From Phoronis australis (Eukaryota; Animalia; Phoronida), in NCBI GenBank assembly GCA_002633005.1, contig NMRA01000008.1, positions 1,659,620-1,723,619 on the forward strand: 64,000 nt of DNA. Reading direction: 5' to 3'. The notes beneath the pieces were generated by a model. The model worked only from the letters and a program-made list of their open reading frames with translations. It did no database searches and was not told the origin of the DNA. A program made the position numbers and the translations under genes. The number at the start of each line of letters is the position of its first letter. The stretch's first letter is position 1. Positions 13,201 through 27,100 of the stretch are shown in pieces.

Positions 13201-13431
13201 AGAATATTCTTTATTCTGTCCAACATGAGTGGCTGGACAGTTACCAAGGCCTACTTTGTGTTTTTTCAGGCTCACTTCGGCTTTTTCAAAAGGTGCACCT
13301 CTCTTAGAGGAGGCGTTTGTCATTTAGAAGATTCTGCAACTGCACTTAGCCTGAACAAAGCGGACGTCACGAAAGCTTGCTTGTTAGTTGGTTTAACGTG
13401 TAAGAGGGACGACCCACTTGTGTGCAAATAA
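6618..13431 (+). CDS. Secreted M4-family (thermolysin/LasB/vibriolysin-like) zinc metalloprotease prepropeptide, 526 aa; exons 6618-6654, 8769-9002, 12122-13431
   Basis: Exon1 is MFTEEKLRQICF+G|gtaagt. Exon2 follows ttcaacag and reads (V)LVFAATVDA-GNIR...LTSCQFFHNVKIGDACITAELTK+G|gtgatt (end of signal peptide plus FTP-like propeptide). Exon3 follows tatttcag and reads (G)TIMPSTVKGNLITG... (PepSY-like), then a catalytic domain with GGNEKTGKY, VNGAFSPLNDAH, VHY, HEIFH (12925-12939), HEAMTD, DGRSID, MDVHYCSGLYNRIF and VGLTC. Both introns are phase 1 and the spliced length is 1581 nt, in frame. Exon 3 is firm; exon 1 is the least certain. Confidence 0.9.
10090..10410. repeat. (CAT/ATC)n trinucleotide microsatellite with degenerate flanks, in intron 2 of the M4 gene
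   Basis: Near-perfect CAT run at about 10157-10277, flanked by degenerate CAC/CGT/CAT triplets. Confidence 0.95.
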
Positions 13432-14424
13432 AGCCGGCCTTGGTGGCCATTCTTCAAAAATCCCGTTAATTATGGACAACGAACATTCTTGACTAGACAA
13501 TTACTAATTAACAAGCTATTCAGGGATACGTTTTGTTAAAGATCGCAAGTCCGGTCGCAGCTATGACGGTCGTTGCGTTTTCCTGAACAGTGAAAACCTT
13601 TCAGTTGACAGGCTAAACCTTTAAGTTGGTAATTTTTACAAGGCGGTGTAGATGCCTCAGACTAAAGCAAACGAACGATGTTTTGTATCTCTACGGATGT
13701 ATTACGTTTATGTATCTGCCAATACTTTTGTGCATCTGGTAATACAACGTAATACATCGTCAAATCTGCAAAGATTGAAGAAACTGCATGTATACAAAAC
13801 TGACACTATCACAACTTTACGCAACAGGTTACACTGGGCCACTTTATATTTTACACGTGCTATTGATAAAAGCCATGGTAACTGATATGTTTAGTTCGTC
13901 TGTCCGCTTTCTTAAAGAAGACGGGCAGACTTGAAAACTTCCTTCACGAAGAACCGTAACGGGGCTCTCGTGTTTTTAGCTCAGGTGTTTGGTGCAAGGG
14001 GCCCAACCATGAGGTCATGCACCGCAAGTGATATCAGGCTACCAGCATTGTTTTTATATATGGTCTTTAGTTAACTCGGCGTACTATTGAAGGTGCAATG
14101 GCCGAGCTTTGATGGTTGAATACTTTTTATAACGGCGTTTTAATCCCTTTTCATGTGTGTGATTAAGTTGAAAAAGTTAACACCTTTGAACCCCCAAAGA
14201 AGTTTTGTTGTGCCCGGCTTTTAACACTTTAATACAAGTGACGGACAAACAAGTCGTGTCTCTTGATGTTTTGCCTCATAGTTCCACGCCTGAAGAAAGG
14301 AGACTGCGAGCGAGTATATATTAAGCTGTCTAACAGAAAGTACAGTCGGGTCTCCAACCAAGTTTATTTAGATGAGGAGAGATTTTTGGTTCCACAAAAA
14401 CTTGATAGTTTGTTATTGCTCGAA

Positions 14425-14532
14425 ACCATGTCGACGAATAAATGAAACGCCGTGAGAGGTCAGGTCAACTTGTAGAGACAGCTTACTACCATGGTCGACG
14501 AATAAATGAAACGCCGTGAGAGGTCAGATCAA
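14425..14532. repeat. Short direct duplication (2 x about 45 bp)
   Basis: accatg(g)tcgacgaataaatgaaacgccgtgagaggtcag[g/a]tcaa at 14425 and 14488. Confidence 0.85.
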
Positions 14533-17087
14533 TTCTTTCCAATCCCATAAATCTCCTCTATTTTCACAAAGGAAAAATTGAGATCAATTTCATAACAGTC
14601 TAAAACAAATGTTTTTCTTGAGATGGAATGTGGGTTTATAGTCCGGCTATAAATAGCAAGTTATGTGTAAAGAACCTGCTATTTAGCATTTGTACTTCAT
14701 TACAAATTCGTGATATCTATGAACATTAACCACTTACGGAAATAGCACCCAATTTACTAAAAAGCAAGTCCAAAAACTTGATTACTCGTTTGACCAATAA
14801 AATTTGTTTGCCTGTGAGAAGACACGTCACACGTATGTGTGTTTTGAAGGTGAAGAAGTATAGTGGAAACTTTGACGTCCTTCGAATCGACAAGAAAAGT
14901 AATTTCAAAGTAGTTTTTGCCCCTGAAGTAAAAGTTATTGTATCGACGAATAATCGTCCAACAGGGCTCTCAGCCCTCAACATACTTGCTACGTAAATCC
15001 AATATCCTATTGCGTGTCCCTGTGAATGCGCATGAGCAAAGTGTTTTGTTAAGAGGTTTTCCATTGACCAAATGCATTGGCTGACCTGAATATCACATTT
15101 CCATCAGCTAAATAGTTAGTTAAACGCTAGTTAGCAATTCGCGTGCTACTTCTAGTAAATAGCGTGCTCTTCAATCAAATGTCAAACTATTTCCGAAGTT
15201 CGTATCAATTACATATGCTAATAGCGGAATATTGAAGTATAACTTGCTATTTAACTAACAACTGAACAGTTACTGAACCTGGTGTCTAATTTCTATATAA
15301 TCATGTCCGTCGCCACTCAGCGTTATTGCGTGTTGATTTTTATTGATCATTAAAAACGTAGACATGGTATACAGGTGTCATGATTGAGGTATAGGAATAG
15401 TAAATCAATGAGGAAGTCAGCGAAACAATTACGAGAAAGGAAATTCTTGACAGCTAAGAGTTGTTCAGTCGGTAAACAACAAGGGAGAGAGGTCGAAGTG
15501 AAGGGGTAACACCGAGGCGAAAGTAATGTTTTCACGTTAAAAGAGAGCGGTTTTTCGGCGACTCTAGTTACAAACAGTCTGAGGCACTAGCAAATTGAGT
15601 AGCCCCCGCCGTCGTCACAATATTCACGATATTTTCACCCACTACCTATCACTATAATGGTTCCGTCACTCCAGGCAACTACAGTTTTGCATCCCCGCTG
15701 ACAACTTTTGAAGGGCTGCTGCGGCAATGGGACCCTAAGCTGTACTTTATTTATCTCAATGGATAGTCTGGCAATGGAGAGTGGTAATATCTTTCTCTGC
15801 GCAACATTATTCCCCTCAGTCCTATCGACTGTGGAAGATTTAATGAAACGTTTTCCGTCGTCATCAGTGTCGCACCCCCGTCACTATTGCTCCGGTACCT
15901 GTAATTGTCCATAGAATCACCCTTTTTCAATCAGGTAAATCACTTATTTGGTGTGCAGATCAGCATTTAGTTTGATGTAGTACCACCTAGTATAAACTCT
16001 CGCCATAAGTTCAAATGTTTTTCCAATAATCTGATTTGTTAGTTAATGAACCTATCAGAAGTAAAAGTAATCGCAAAATCTTGCTTTGAAACAAAATTTA
16101 TTCACAATCTCGCATACATCCATTTTCTTTCAAACAAGCTTTATTCGTTTTGATCTGGTATACAAAATCTCTGTTCCATTTAATTTTACAACTTAGCCAC
16201 GCTTGAACTACCCTTGTTACCCAACTCAATACAAACGAGTCACGGAAAATTATTTTGGCTTCGGCAACTTAGACATAATTGTAAATTGACCAACACTGAG
16301 AAGCTGCAAGAGAGAACATTTGAAAACTTTGAACGCCAAGTCATATCAAGTCATAACATGATGTGTCAGTTTTTGTTCAAGAAATTCAGTTTACGCCCGC
16401 CCATCCCGCTAGTACGTGTTGCCATCTTGATTGTGGCGTTAGGATCTCTGTGCAGTTGGACTCGGCAAATAGATTCGTTCACAGACAATAACATATGAAG
16501 TGATATACCTGTATACTGAGTATTCAGCGAAACAAGGTAATGAATGTATCCAAAACATTCCTTTACGTCCGCAAAAAATAAGTCAATAATCAAGTCAATG
16601 GGAACACGATACGCGGGAACAATAACCCGGTTCGTTAGACTGGATTGTGTCAATACATGACGGGGCGAAGCAAACCTTGTGGGCAAAGAGTCACGTATTG
16701 TCGGTGGTGCTTACTGAAGATTAACCGAGGAAGACAAGTTCGTCTTGTCTACCGGAACATAGTTTGGTCGCTACTGGTGGATCGCGCTGGGCGATTGTAA
16801 GTATAGCCTTCTAAAGGCCTATTAAAACAATACTTTTACCAAGTGTGGGTACTGAAATGCAGTCGTGTAGTGACCGTCAGGGTGGACATTGTACTTTCGT
16901 GAAGTTCTTGGGGTCATCGTTCTGTTTCAAGAACAGGGCGTTTATCATGGCTATGTGTGTGTATAAAAACATATATGTAAGTATTCGTACGTTTGTATGT
17001 ATTTATGTGTGCGTGCGTGTTCGTAAGTTTTTATATACAACATGTACAAATGCCATGTAAGTCTATCTGTACATGTATACATTAGTA

Positions 17088-17345
17088 GTATGTATGTATG
17101 TATGTATGTATGTATGTATGTATGTATGTATGTATGTATGTATGTATGCTTGTATGTATGTATATATGTATGTATACATGTACGTATGCATGCTTGTGTG
17201 CATTTTCGCGAAGGTTTGCTCGTCTGCGTGTGTGTAAGAATGTATGTGTGTGTATGTATGTATGTATGTATGTATGTATGTATGTATGTATGTATGTATG
17301 TATGTATGTACGCATGCGTATATGTATCAATTTTCTATGTATGTA
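17088..17345. repeat. (TATG)n tetranucleotide microsatellite, two blocks
   Basis: tatg runs at about 17088-17175 and 17240-17310. Confidence 0.95.
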
Positions 17346-19663
17346 CGCGTGCGTGTATATAAAAGTGCATGTACATGTTAATTGAACGTCAAGGCTATTG
17401 TCTCATGTATTTGATTTGCAAGTCATTTTGGGCAAACGCTGACGGGCTATTGAACAGTGCAAACGGTGTCGAACTGTAGATGATAGATATTAGCATTGAT
17501 ACGAGGTAAAATATCTTGTTGGCATATACATTGCGGAGGTATTAACCGTCCTCTAACAATAACTGATCAAATACGTACCTTCACACGGTAGTAGATTAAA
17601 TATTTTCACAAACAGCGGGGCAATGTTTGTTTTATAAAATGACCGAGGCGTTCGTGTCAACACGGGTGTAGGCATACTGTTCTAGCTTTTTATATCTCAA
17701 CTGAAAGAAAAAAATAAGAACTACAGGGAAATTCCAAGAAAACACGTTGCAACTCATTCCACGAATATCACAATTTAAATGAAAATTTTCGAAAATTTTA
17801 CAGTTTCACCGCCGAATTCGCGGTTTTGATAAACTGCATGCATGAAATGAGTGACCAACAAAGCCGTGATCCGTCACCTGTGATAGGCTATATAAGAAAT
17901 ATTTGAAACCAAGTTTGCTCGCGATAACTGTCCTTCAAAGAGAAAGTTCAGCCAAAGTGTAACACAGCTGCCTTCAATCTTTGTAATATAATAATCATTA
18001 TAACGAGATATAATAGTTTTGAAATTTGCATGAAAAGTTTCGTTGTGACGACTGACAGGGGTGCAAATAAGGAGATCACTCTTGTCAACACAATTTCAAA
18101 GGTTTCTCGTATTAGCAAACGCGTTTGACAAACTAACGCTTGAAGTCTGTCAGTTCATAACCCTTTTTAGTAGGTCACACACACACATTTAAACAAACAT
18201 ATCAACATTATAATTACTTATGAATGCCTGTTTGTATGTCATTTCCAATGTATTGGGACGCCTGGGGCGGCACAAGCAACAGACACTCATCAACGGCAAT
18301 TTAGTGGTTCAACGCCCACGAATGCATAAAACTCTAAAAACAGAAAAGATGCTGACTGTTGTGTAACCCGGCTAATGTTCAAATTTTCCAAAATTTTGAA
18401 CACCGGGCCTCAGAAATGGTTCTTATGTTCAAACTCTCACATGCTTTGCCTTAGGTGGGCTGTTCTCCAAAACGCTGCCGTAGGAAATGTTTGAAAATTG
18501 ATTCACTTTTGCATCAGGAGCTCTACGAAGAAATATGAATGTTGTGACTTTATGACTGAATTTTGAACAGATGGATAAAACGAAAATGAAACAATAACAG
18601 TAGCAGCGTTTTTGAGATTTCATCTTGAACGCTTATATGAAACAAAATTTTGTAATGTTTTGATATCGTTGTTTTAACGGGCTTGTACTTTTCTTTTTGT
18701 TAATATTGCACTCAGTAAAATGAAAGGGTCGTGTGATCCAATCAACGGCAGGTTAGTAAAATCAAATTCTACAGGCTTTCTGCTTTCAGAAGTTATATTC
18801 TATAGTTTTATATATATTTGGCTGAATGCTCAGACTTTTCGATAAGGCCCTAAATATAACCTTAACCATCGTAATACAGGGCTACTATTTAGAGTGCTTA
18901 CGTGCTCAGCCAGGCAGGTAACTGTCACATGACAGGGTTATATATATATAAACATTCAGGTAGATGAGAGACACTGGGGCCATTCAGGTATCTTGTTTGG
19001 AATAGCTGTACCGGTGCAGTAATTGTGAACACGTGAACACTTAACAAATCAATGGCTATGCCATGAACGTCTGCTGGACCATAAATCGAACTATTTGACA
19101 CTCACATACGTGGGGCATTGATTGAACATCGATAATAATCACTTACGTAAGTCGGGAACAACGTCTCATAATTTGCGTTTTGTGTTCTACTGAAGTATGA
19201 GGCGAACACGCACCCGCGGACAGCGAAAACACATGACAATTAAAAAAGAAAATAAAAATAACGTTAAACCCCATGCCTTGAATATGACTATGGTGTCAGT
19301 GCTACATTTGGTTGGAGCTTTGCAACTTTAGTGCTACGTGTATGTATTTACCTTGACGGCGGTCACTAACCTGAGGGGCTCTTCAAGTAGGGGCGTACCG
19401 CTAATTCGTGTGGATATTTTGACCTTTTCAGTATGATCTAAAGAAGGATGTGATATTGTTCGGGCAGATATACGTCTAGAGGCCTTGGATGTTAGTGGTG
19501 GGTACTAACTGCGTACTGATATATGTTTTCCCATCATGTGATATTGTTTCTGATAACATTTCCACCATAACTCTGTTTGTCACCCGGGTATCAGTTTGCC
19601 CATGTTTTGTAAGGAAGTAAATCTTAAATGTTCGGCCTTTAACTCTCTACCCGTTGTTTGAAA

Positions 19664-19814
19664 CATGGGCGGCGCATCATAGGGGGCTGGGGGGGGGGGC
19701 TATAGCCCCACTTTTTTAGTGCTACGCCGCACATGGTCTGTAGACAGTGCACCACAGGGGGATGAGGGGGCTTTAGCTCCCCACTTTTTTTCAGTGCTTA
19801 GTGCGCCGCCCATG
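19664..19814. mobile_element. MITE with 13-bp TIRs and 5-bp TSD
   Basis: TIRs catgggcggcgca / tgcgccgcccatg, flanked on both sides by tgaaa. Internal partial duplication (ggggct.tagc.cccca(c)tttttt..agtgct). Confidence 0.8.
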
Positions 19815-21126
19815 TGAAATAGACACTGTTGTTACATGTATTGTCACACGCGGCACACATTGTTACCCCAGGGGAGACGTATAAGCTGTCACATTGTGAT
19901 GGTACATACTGTCACTCCCTAAGAACATCTGCCTTAGCGAAACTGAATAGCTGTGTAGATGTAGATGTAGACCTCCGCGAAACGCGTAGGCCTTAGCGAA
20001 GGCCAGCGAATGCTAATTTCCACGAGAAACCTTCCCGGTATAGACGAGGTGTGCGTGCCGGGTATAGAATATATATCCATAGTTCGACTAGGGAGGGATA
20101 CCCAGAGCTAGTAACCCAAATGTTACTGTTTGCAAAAACATCGCTCCTGAAAACTTGGCTGGCATCAGACCCGCTCAACATGGTCTTCATCGATCTTTCG
20201 GTCCCGTTCCACTGCACAACATCGTTCGGGGGGGTTTCTTCCACTTTCTTGGGTCTGTCCCATTGACTCTGGATCTGCCTATGTGTTAAAACCCCTGAAA
20301 AACAGGCAACGAGTTTCAACACAGTTGGGGAGCGACAATAGATGTCGATGTTGACGGCATATTATTGTCGCACTCATATAGCCTACTGTCGCCCAGGCGA
20401 CAATGAGACTAAACGCATAAATATTTCAACATGGAGTCTAAGCTCGTTGCTGTTGTGGGTGTTCTGGACAGTCAAAAATCAAAATTGGCACAGTGTTTTA
20501 AGTCTGCATCTCATATGACGTCACGTACCATTAGGATCCTTTCTGGCAAACGCATTGTCGTTTTGGTTTAGGCAAAGTGGCAGATACTGTTTGAGTCTAT
20601 AACCTACGTGACACGTAACTGACCATCAGAATTCCATCAGGCAAACACGCTTTCTTCTTCGTTTAAAGCAACTTTTCTCAAACTTGACAGTTGACATATT
20701 TTCCAAGACATTTCTCCCCATGTTGTTGTTGTACCGTGTCTCTCCTTCATCAAGCAGACAGACCACTCGCAGCAGAACCGTATCAATTACAAATGCGACG
20801 CTTTATTAGGTTAGACGGCCTTATTTTTAACAACATGAACAACGCTGTGTCCTTTAGTTCTTCTTGCCCTCTAGTAACCATCACCTTTATATATACAATC
20901 TCTTTTGCCATTTGAAAATTACCTTTATGGAAATTATTGGTTTACCAAGTTGTGTTTTCAGAGACTATATTTTCTGAACTGCAAACCAAGTTTTTAACTT
21001 TTTGCGTTATCAGTGTTTTTGCACTCGTGTGAATTAAGTAAAGGACTAAATACAAAAGCTTGAATATTCAAAATTTACTTCACGTTCTGTTACTTTCCAG
21101 GCGTTATACCGCGATATTCTGCCGGT

Positions 21127-24100
21127 ATGAATTCAACCACTATGCGTCCCGGCGAGCAGGAAACGATGTCGGGAGTGTTATCAACCATGGCAGGCATCAT
21201 CGTGAATGTTAGCAACTCGACGAACTACAATAACACGGTTACTGAATTTGACAAAGTTATGGGTTACACGCTTATACCGATATTTATCGTCACAGTAACT
21301 TCCAACCTCCTCACCATCGTCGTTGCCTACAAACTGGTCTCATTGAACAAAAACATAACGGACTTCTTTGTTTTCTTCCTTGCATGGACAGATCTTATCC
21401 TCGGTTTACTTGTTCTACCCATAGTGACCGCGTCTCACTTCAACGGAGGAATTTTTGGAGGCGTCCCCGTTTGCCACTTTAATTTCTTCGTCGTCAACGC
21501 CACAGTACAAGCTTCAGCATTTCTGATTCTCGTGATGTCAATCGAACGCTGGGTAGCCTTCGTCAAACCTTTGTATTACAAATCTCGCTTCACATTCACT
21601 ACAGCTAAGATCCTCATCACTACTGTTTTACTCTACAGCACGGTGACGTCATTGCTACCATTATTCGGTGTTGGCGAAATAGGGAATTTTGACTATGTGT
21701 GCATGATAGACTGGCAAACGAAGGAGCTCGATGGTCAGATCATGGTCTGGTTTCAAGTGATTTTAGGACTGGCGAGTATACTTGCAGTTTGGTACTTTAA
21801 CATTGCGGTGGCATGTAGTGTGTGGAGAATGCGCGTCAAGAGACAAGGAAGGACGAGATCACATGACAATGCACGTGGTAAAATGGAAATCAAGTTTTTC
21901 CGACTAACAGCGTGTGTGGCTATCTTCTACTCGGTTTGCTGGGCGCCGTATTTGGTAAGCGAATTCTTTAACCTCAGGAAAATGGACATTTACTTGAACT
22001 TTAAAACTTTTTTAAACTCGCGGTCTACCACTGCGAACTGTTGATTTAAAGCGCTTGATCAGTTAGCGTTAAACCGCTAATTGATCTCAACTTTTTCGCA
22101 TGCAGATGAGACGTGTTTTATTGACTTGGAAAGGACTGTCAGTTCGTTATAATTGTTACAGGCCATGCAAACTCGATACATAAACCGACCCAATATGACA
22201 AGTATGTTCTTAAAGATACTGTTTCCTTTATTACTTTCACTAACTTAGAACACAGAATGTACTGTGTCAGTCGAAAGATATTGCACAAATTAACACTTTT
22301 CGTAAATTACAGCCACGTATGTACTCCCGTTATTTTATTGCTATTTTTGTAAATTTATAAAAAAGTGTCGTGCGGACCTTCCGCGAAACCTCATTGTTGA
22401 CTCTTTTCAGTTACGTGTTATCCTGTTGGATATCCTCTGCATGACACTAATGACTATATTCACATACGTTTTATTCCAGTTCAGTGTGGATATCCCCAGT
22501 ACGATGCTTTATTTCCAAATACGAGTTATTCAAGTGCAGTGTGTATTTCTTCAGCATGATATCAGTGAATGTTAACAGATACTGTAAAGCTTCTATCAGT
22601 AGCCGACTTATAGACGCCTCTCTCTACTGGAATTAAGCCGAGGGTCTAGGTATTAATAAACGCCGGATCTCTAATAGAAGCACCCTGTAATAGAGGCACC
22701 TCCTCTAATAAAAGCCTCCCTCTAATAGAGACCGGGTTTCCATGTTGTCTGAATGCCGTCTATGAAGAAAACAAAGTTGCAAAGGGTAGGCTATGTAAAA
22801 TTGTGCTTAAGAACGTGTAACAGCACGATACGACCTTGGACCGGACGATTGGCAAAGGCAATTTTTTTCGTTTGGCATCGCACAATTTGTGCTTCACTGC
22901 CCTAGGACCGAAATAAATAAACTCCTCCCTGTAACAGAGGTCGGTTTTGGAGCACGTCTGAAAAAACAAAGGCCCCGGCTACAATTAGAAGCTTTACGAT
23001 ACGTGTTATTTTGGCATAATATTGTCAATCTCGAGTACAGTTTGGACATCCTCATGATATTGCCAACCTTTTCAGATACGTGTTATTCTCGTACAGTGTG
23101 GATATCCTCGAAATGATACTATAGACTTCGTAGTGACCCGCCTGGCGGCATCCAACTCAATGGTAAGCGTCTGCTAAAACTTGCATACTGTGCAAATATT
23201 TTCAGCAAATGCAGAAAATAAAGTCAAGTAACTCAGGGTGGTCCTAAGTTTGTGTAAACATACTTTTGTCCCGAAACATTGACAACTATACATCGCACGC
23301 TGTCTCCACTAACTTGGAACTGTCGGTTAAAGCAGCACTTGCCCTGTTAAAAACTAAAATCGGATCATGTATTTTACCGAATCTCATATTTGTCTCATCC
23401 GAGTTTACCGTGCGGAGATTCTGTTTCCGTTACCAACAAGAATATCCAAACGATCAACGACTCAAGAAAATGGCCAGCCTTAACATCGTGAAATCCAAAA
23501 TGGCGCACCTACGAATTTCTTGTGGCTTGAGTTGCCGGTTCATTCGGCAACAGTTCAAGATTGGATGAGCGTGGTAATGCATTCAAGCCCCAAAGCGCAG
23601 AAACGCCTCTTTAATTGTTGTAACTATTGATCAACAATAATTGGAAGACAATTGTGGGATACTGCAATGCTAGACTTAATTGTGCTCACCCTTGTGCCTA
23701 ATTTCTCAGAACACAGTCATCACCCGACCAATCACGTTCATTGCTTGTTACCACAGCCTAAGGTCATAATATGTTAAAGACGTTGAAATTTCGCGACCCC
23801 TTCAGAAATTTTAGAATTAATGCAGGGCATTTGTAGAATTAATTTTGGATACATTTTACATTGTGCTCCTTTCGGGTGTTATGTAAAATTTGATTGAATG
23901 AGTAAAGACGGCATTAAATCCATGCTTCCTGACAAACAAAATAAGATTTGGATTAGGCCATTTCAGTGGTGGCTTGAGATTCCATGAGTTTGGTCTGAAG
24001 AATAACGATAAATCAGTTCTTCCAGTGCCCACAGATCATTTCTAAGCCGAGAAATGAACAAGAACAGTTTTATAACAGTAACTGGCCTGAATCAAATTTT

Positions 24101-27100
24101 GTTTTTTGACAGACAGTACATGTTAAATGGCGCTTTAACGATGGGGGAGTTAAAGGTACATTTTCAGTGCGGGAACTGATTTTCCGAGGTCAGCATCAGC
24201 ATGAAAACGAACCTAAAACGCAAGCGATTGCAGGTTATCGCTCTCCTAGCGGAGTTAAACCTCACTCGATAAATAGCTTAGAAATTGCAAGCGTATTGGC
24301 CGGTCAGCGAATGTCTGAAGGACAACAACGAAAATTGGCGATTTTTGATTAAGTCACAAAAATGCAACGAATTTTGCTTAATATCTCTGGTAAAAGCTAA
24401 TAACCTATAATGTCACTTTAAAAGAAAATAACAGAGACCGTCGCATATAAGCGCAAGCATATATTTGGCCGATAGAATTTTGTGACGATTTTGGATGGCA
24501 TTTCTTGGACTTATGCCTACATATATATCTGACAGGACTGAATACCCATCCGTAACCCGTTGGCGCTCAACGGAAGCTTTCCTTGACATTCTGCTTGATG
24601 TTATCATGGAAATGTTTATTTAACAACTGATTGAACATTTAGTTTGGTTTAGGTTTTTGGTCGGTTCTGTGTGAAACTGGAAGATGTTGCAGCTGTCAAA
24701 ATAAGAGCACTTTTTAGATGCTACTCCCCGGGTGTATATTCGGCAAACTTTTCTTACGTACACTCACTGGGTGTATAGTCGACTGTGCTACACCAAATGT
24801 CTGTGGTGTCGTCGCTTGCCGTCTACCTTGTCGTGAAGATGCTAACGTGGCGGACCCAAATATCAACCTAAAGAGCATCCCATTTTTGACAGAATGTGTT
24901 CTCCTTATAATTACCAATATTATTTTAGATAAACCCAATTATCTATGGTGCTACTAAACGGAGTTATCTACGAGGTTATGCCCACACTATCAAAGTGTTC
25001 TGGTACTACGTCACGTGCTGCAGGTGTATAAAGAAACCAACAGGTAGGCCTTTCTGATGATATATCATTGACCCAAGCCACTACTAATGCATTTACGGCG
25101 AGGAAAAATCCGTTGTGGGACGAAAACAGTGAACTCTATTCTATATTTTATGAATTCTATCCCATAATTCATCGTTCCCAACCTCACTGACAAACCACTA
25201 GTGGCTGCTAGTTTGCTAGGTTACGCTAGGAAAGTCTCGAACATACTCGCGAACGAGACAGTCAACTTCCATTCTTGTCATTTTGCGCGATCTTACGTGA
25301 TGTCGCTTTTCCTGCAAGAATCTTGGCCTACGGACGAAACATTAGCCATATCTACTTTACGGCAGCGCTCTCTGATTCTACGGTATTTACGCACAATGCC
25401 CAGTACCGTAGGCACTCTTTCCACAGTTGCAACCCGCTATAACGCTAATCACTATTTTCAGCAAAAATTATTTTTTCTATTTTCCTTTGAGGTGCAATAC
25501 TGACTCAAAAACTGGCAAGCTGCACGAAGTCAATAACGTATAAGCTACCATACTTCCCTTGCTCCTTTCAACTCGGAAACGTTCAGTTGTCTCCTTTTAT
25601 AGTAAGCTAGGCCAGTCGTAACGCGTTTTTCTGTCTCCGCGAAAGAGTAGAGTTGAATTCGGTGGTAGAGTTCAGCTAGCTCTCTCGCGGCTAGAAAAAT
25701 CTAGCCAAAACCACGAGTTCTAAGTCATTTAAAATACACGGCAATATCTCGTGTAATCTTGCGAAGTCTTGCTTTTTAGCGAGGTCCTAGCGCTACTGAA
25801 GTTAAAGGCGGGAGTATTTCACTTATTCAGGTGGTAGCCATGTTATCTTAGGGTCTGTCCTCAGAGTGTAATCGCTAACTAAAGTGCTCCTGAATTCTGA
25901 CACGAAATATTTGAGGGGAGCATACGTGCATTCATTGAATAATGGACCCGCAAGTTGGCATTCAAACACATGTAGATGCAAGAATGACTCTGAGCTGACT
26001 CATTCAACTCCGGCTCTCATTCGTATTATACCGAGCGTGTGTTCCGTACACGCGAGAACCTCCCGAGAACGCAAGATCACGCAAGACTTCCCAAGATATC
26101 GCCATTACAAGCGAAGCACGTGATCACACTGCACGTGTGACTATTTCTCCTACGGAACTGAGCCCAGCAGTAATCGGCCTTGTTTTCAGTCAGTGGTAAA
26201 TTCACGGTAAAAACGTTGAAAGGGTCGATCAGATCAAGTAATATTTGTGTTGGAAGACAAGGATCACTGACCTGTATTTGTTGTTAAATCAACATCAGTA
26301 AACGTGTCATGCGACATACGTGACCGGAAACGCTTTGACCGCTCACGTGGCTCTTTTAATCGAGGTGAGCATTTACTTGCCATATAACCCGCCGGGTCCA
26401 AAAGTTTGAACCCCTCTACGTTATCCACTCGTTGATACGTGGAAATGTGTCTAAATATGCTTGAAAAAGAACATGTTCAAAACCTTCTCCTGAAGAAAGT
26501 GTTATACTTATGTCTTTGTTAGTATGTAAGTCATTATAGCTTAAAAATAGCCAAGAAGACAGAACCTTACAATAACTAAATAACTGAAGATGAGAAACGC
26601 AGAACCGCGGATCAGTTTCAAACTTTTTTGTCGAATTGTATTATCAATTTTGCAAATAATTCATGACCAAGTTAGCTTTTCGTTTCCTTGAGTCTTATAT
26701 CGCTTTAGTGTGGAGCGTTTTCTTCCGGTTAAGTCCCCAAAAAGATCGTAGGCGGCGCCCACGAACATTTACCTTGCTGGTTCCCTGCATGCCGCTAGGT
26801 GGTAGCCAACACGCAGGTATCAGTTGGGGATTTTTTTTTGCACCGGCGTTTCTGATTGGCTGGTCGAATTCTCAACAGGTAGCGTTTTACGCAAACAAAC
26901 TAGCATGGCTGATGGAGGAAGTGTAAATGTGGTCTGTTGTACAAACAAATTGGTGCTTAAAATTCATGTTCAAGAAATGTGAACCCCAGAAAATTGTGGT
27001 TGCGCCTTTTCGAAGTGCATCTTTCTACTGTCGCTGACTTTTGTTTACGTTGCTGTCCTGTATTCATACAGTATGAATAATACACCAGTTAAATCGGCCA

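Noticed and set aside
12130-13431. Bacterial contamination as the source of the M4 ORF
   Set aside because: Signal and propeptide lie in separate GT-AG exons, there are no neighbouring bacterial genes, and no assembly gap lies between it and the flanking animal genes.
17042-17385. MYVC/HTYI repeat ORFs
   Set aside because: Translations of the (TATG)n microsatellite.
19993-20322. 109-aa minus-strand ORF
   Set aside because: No recognisable domain or joinable exons; flanked by repeat fragments.
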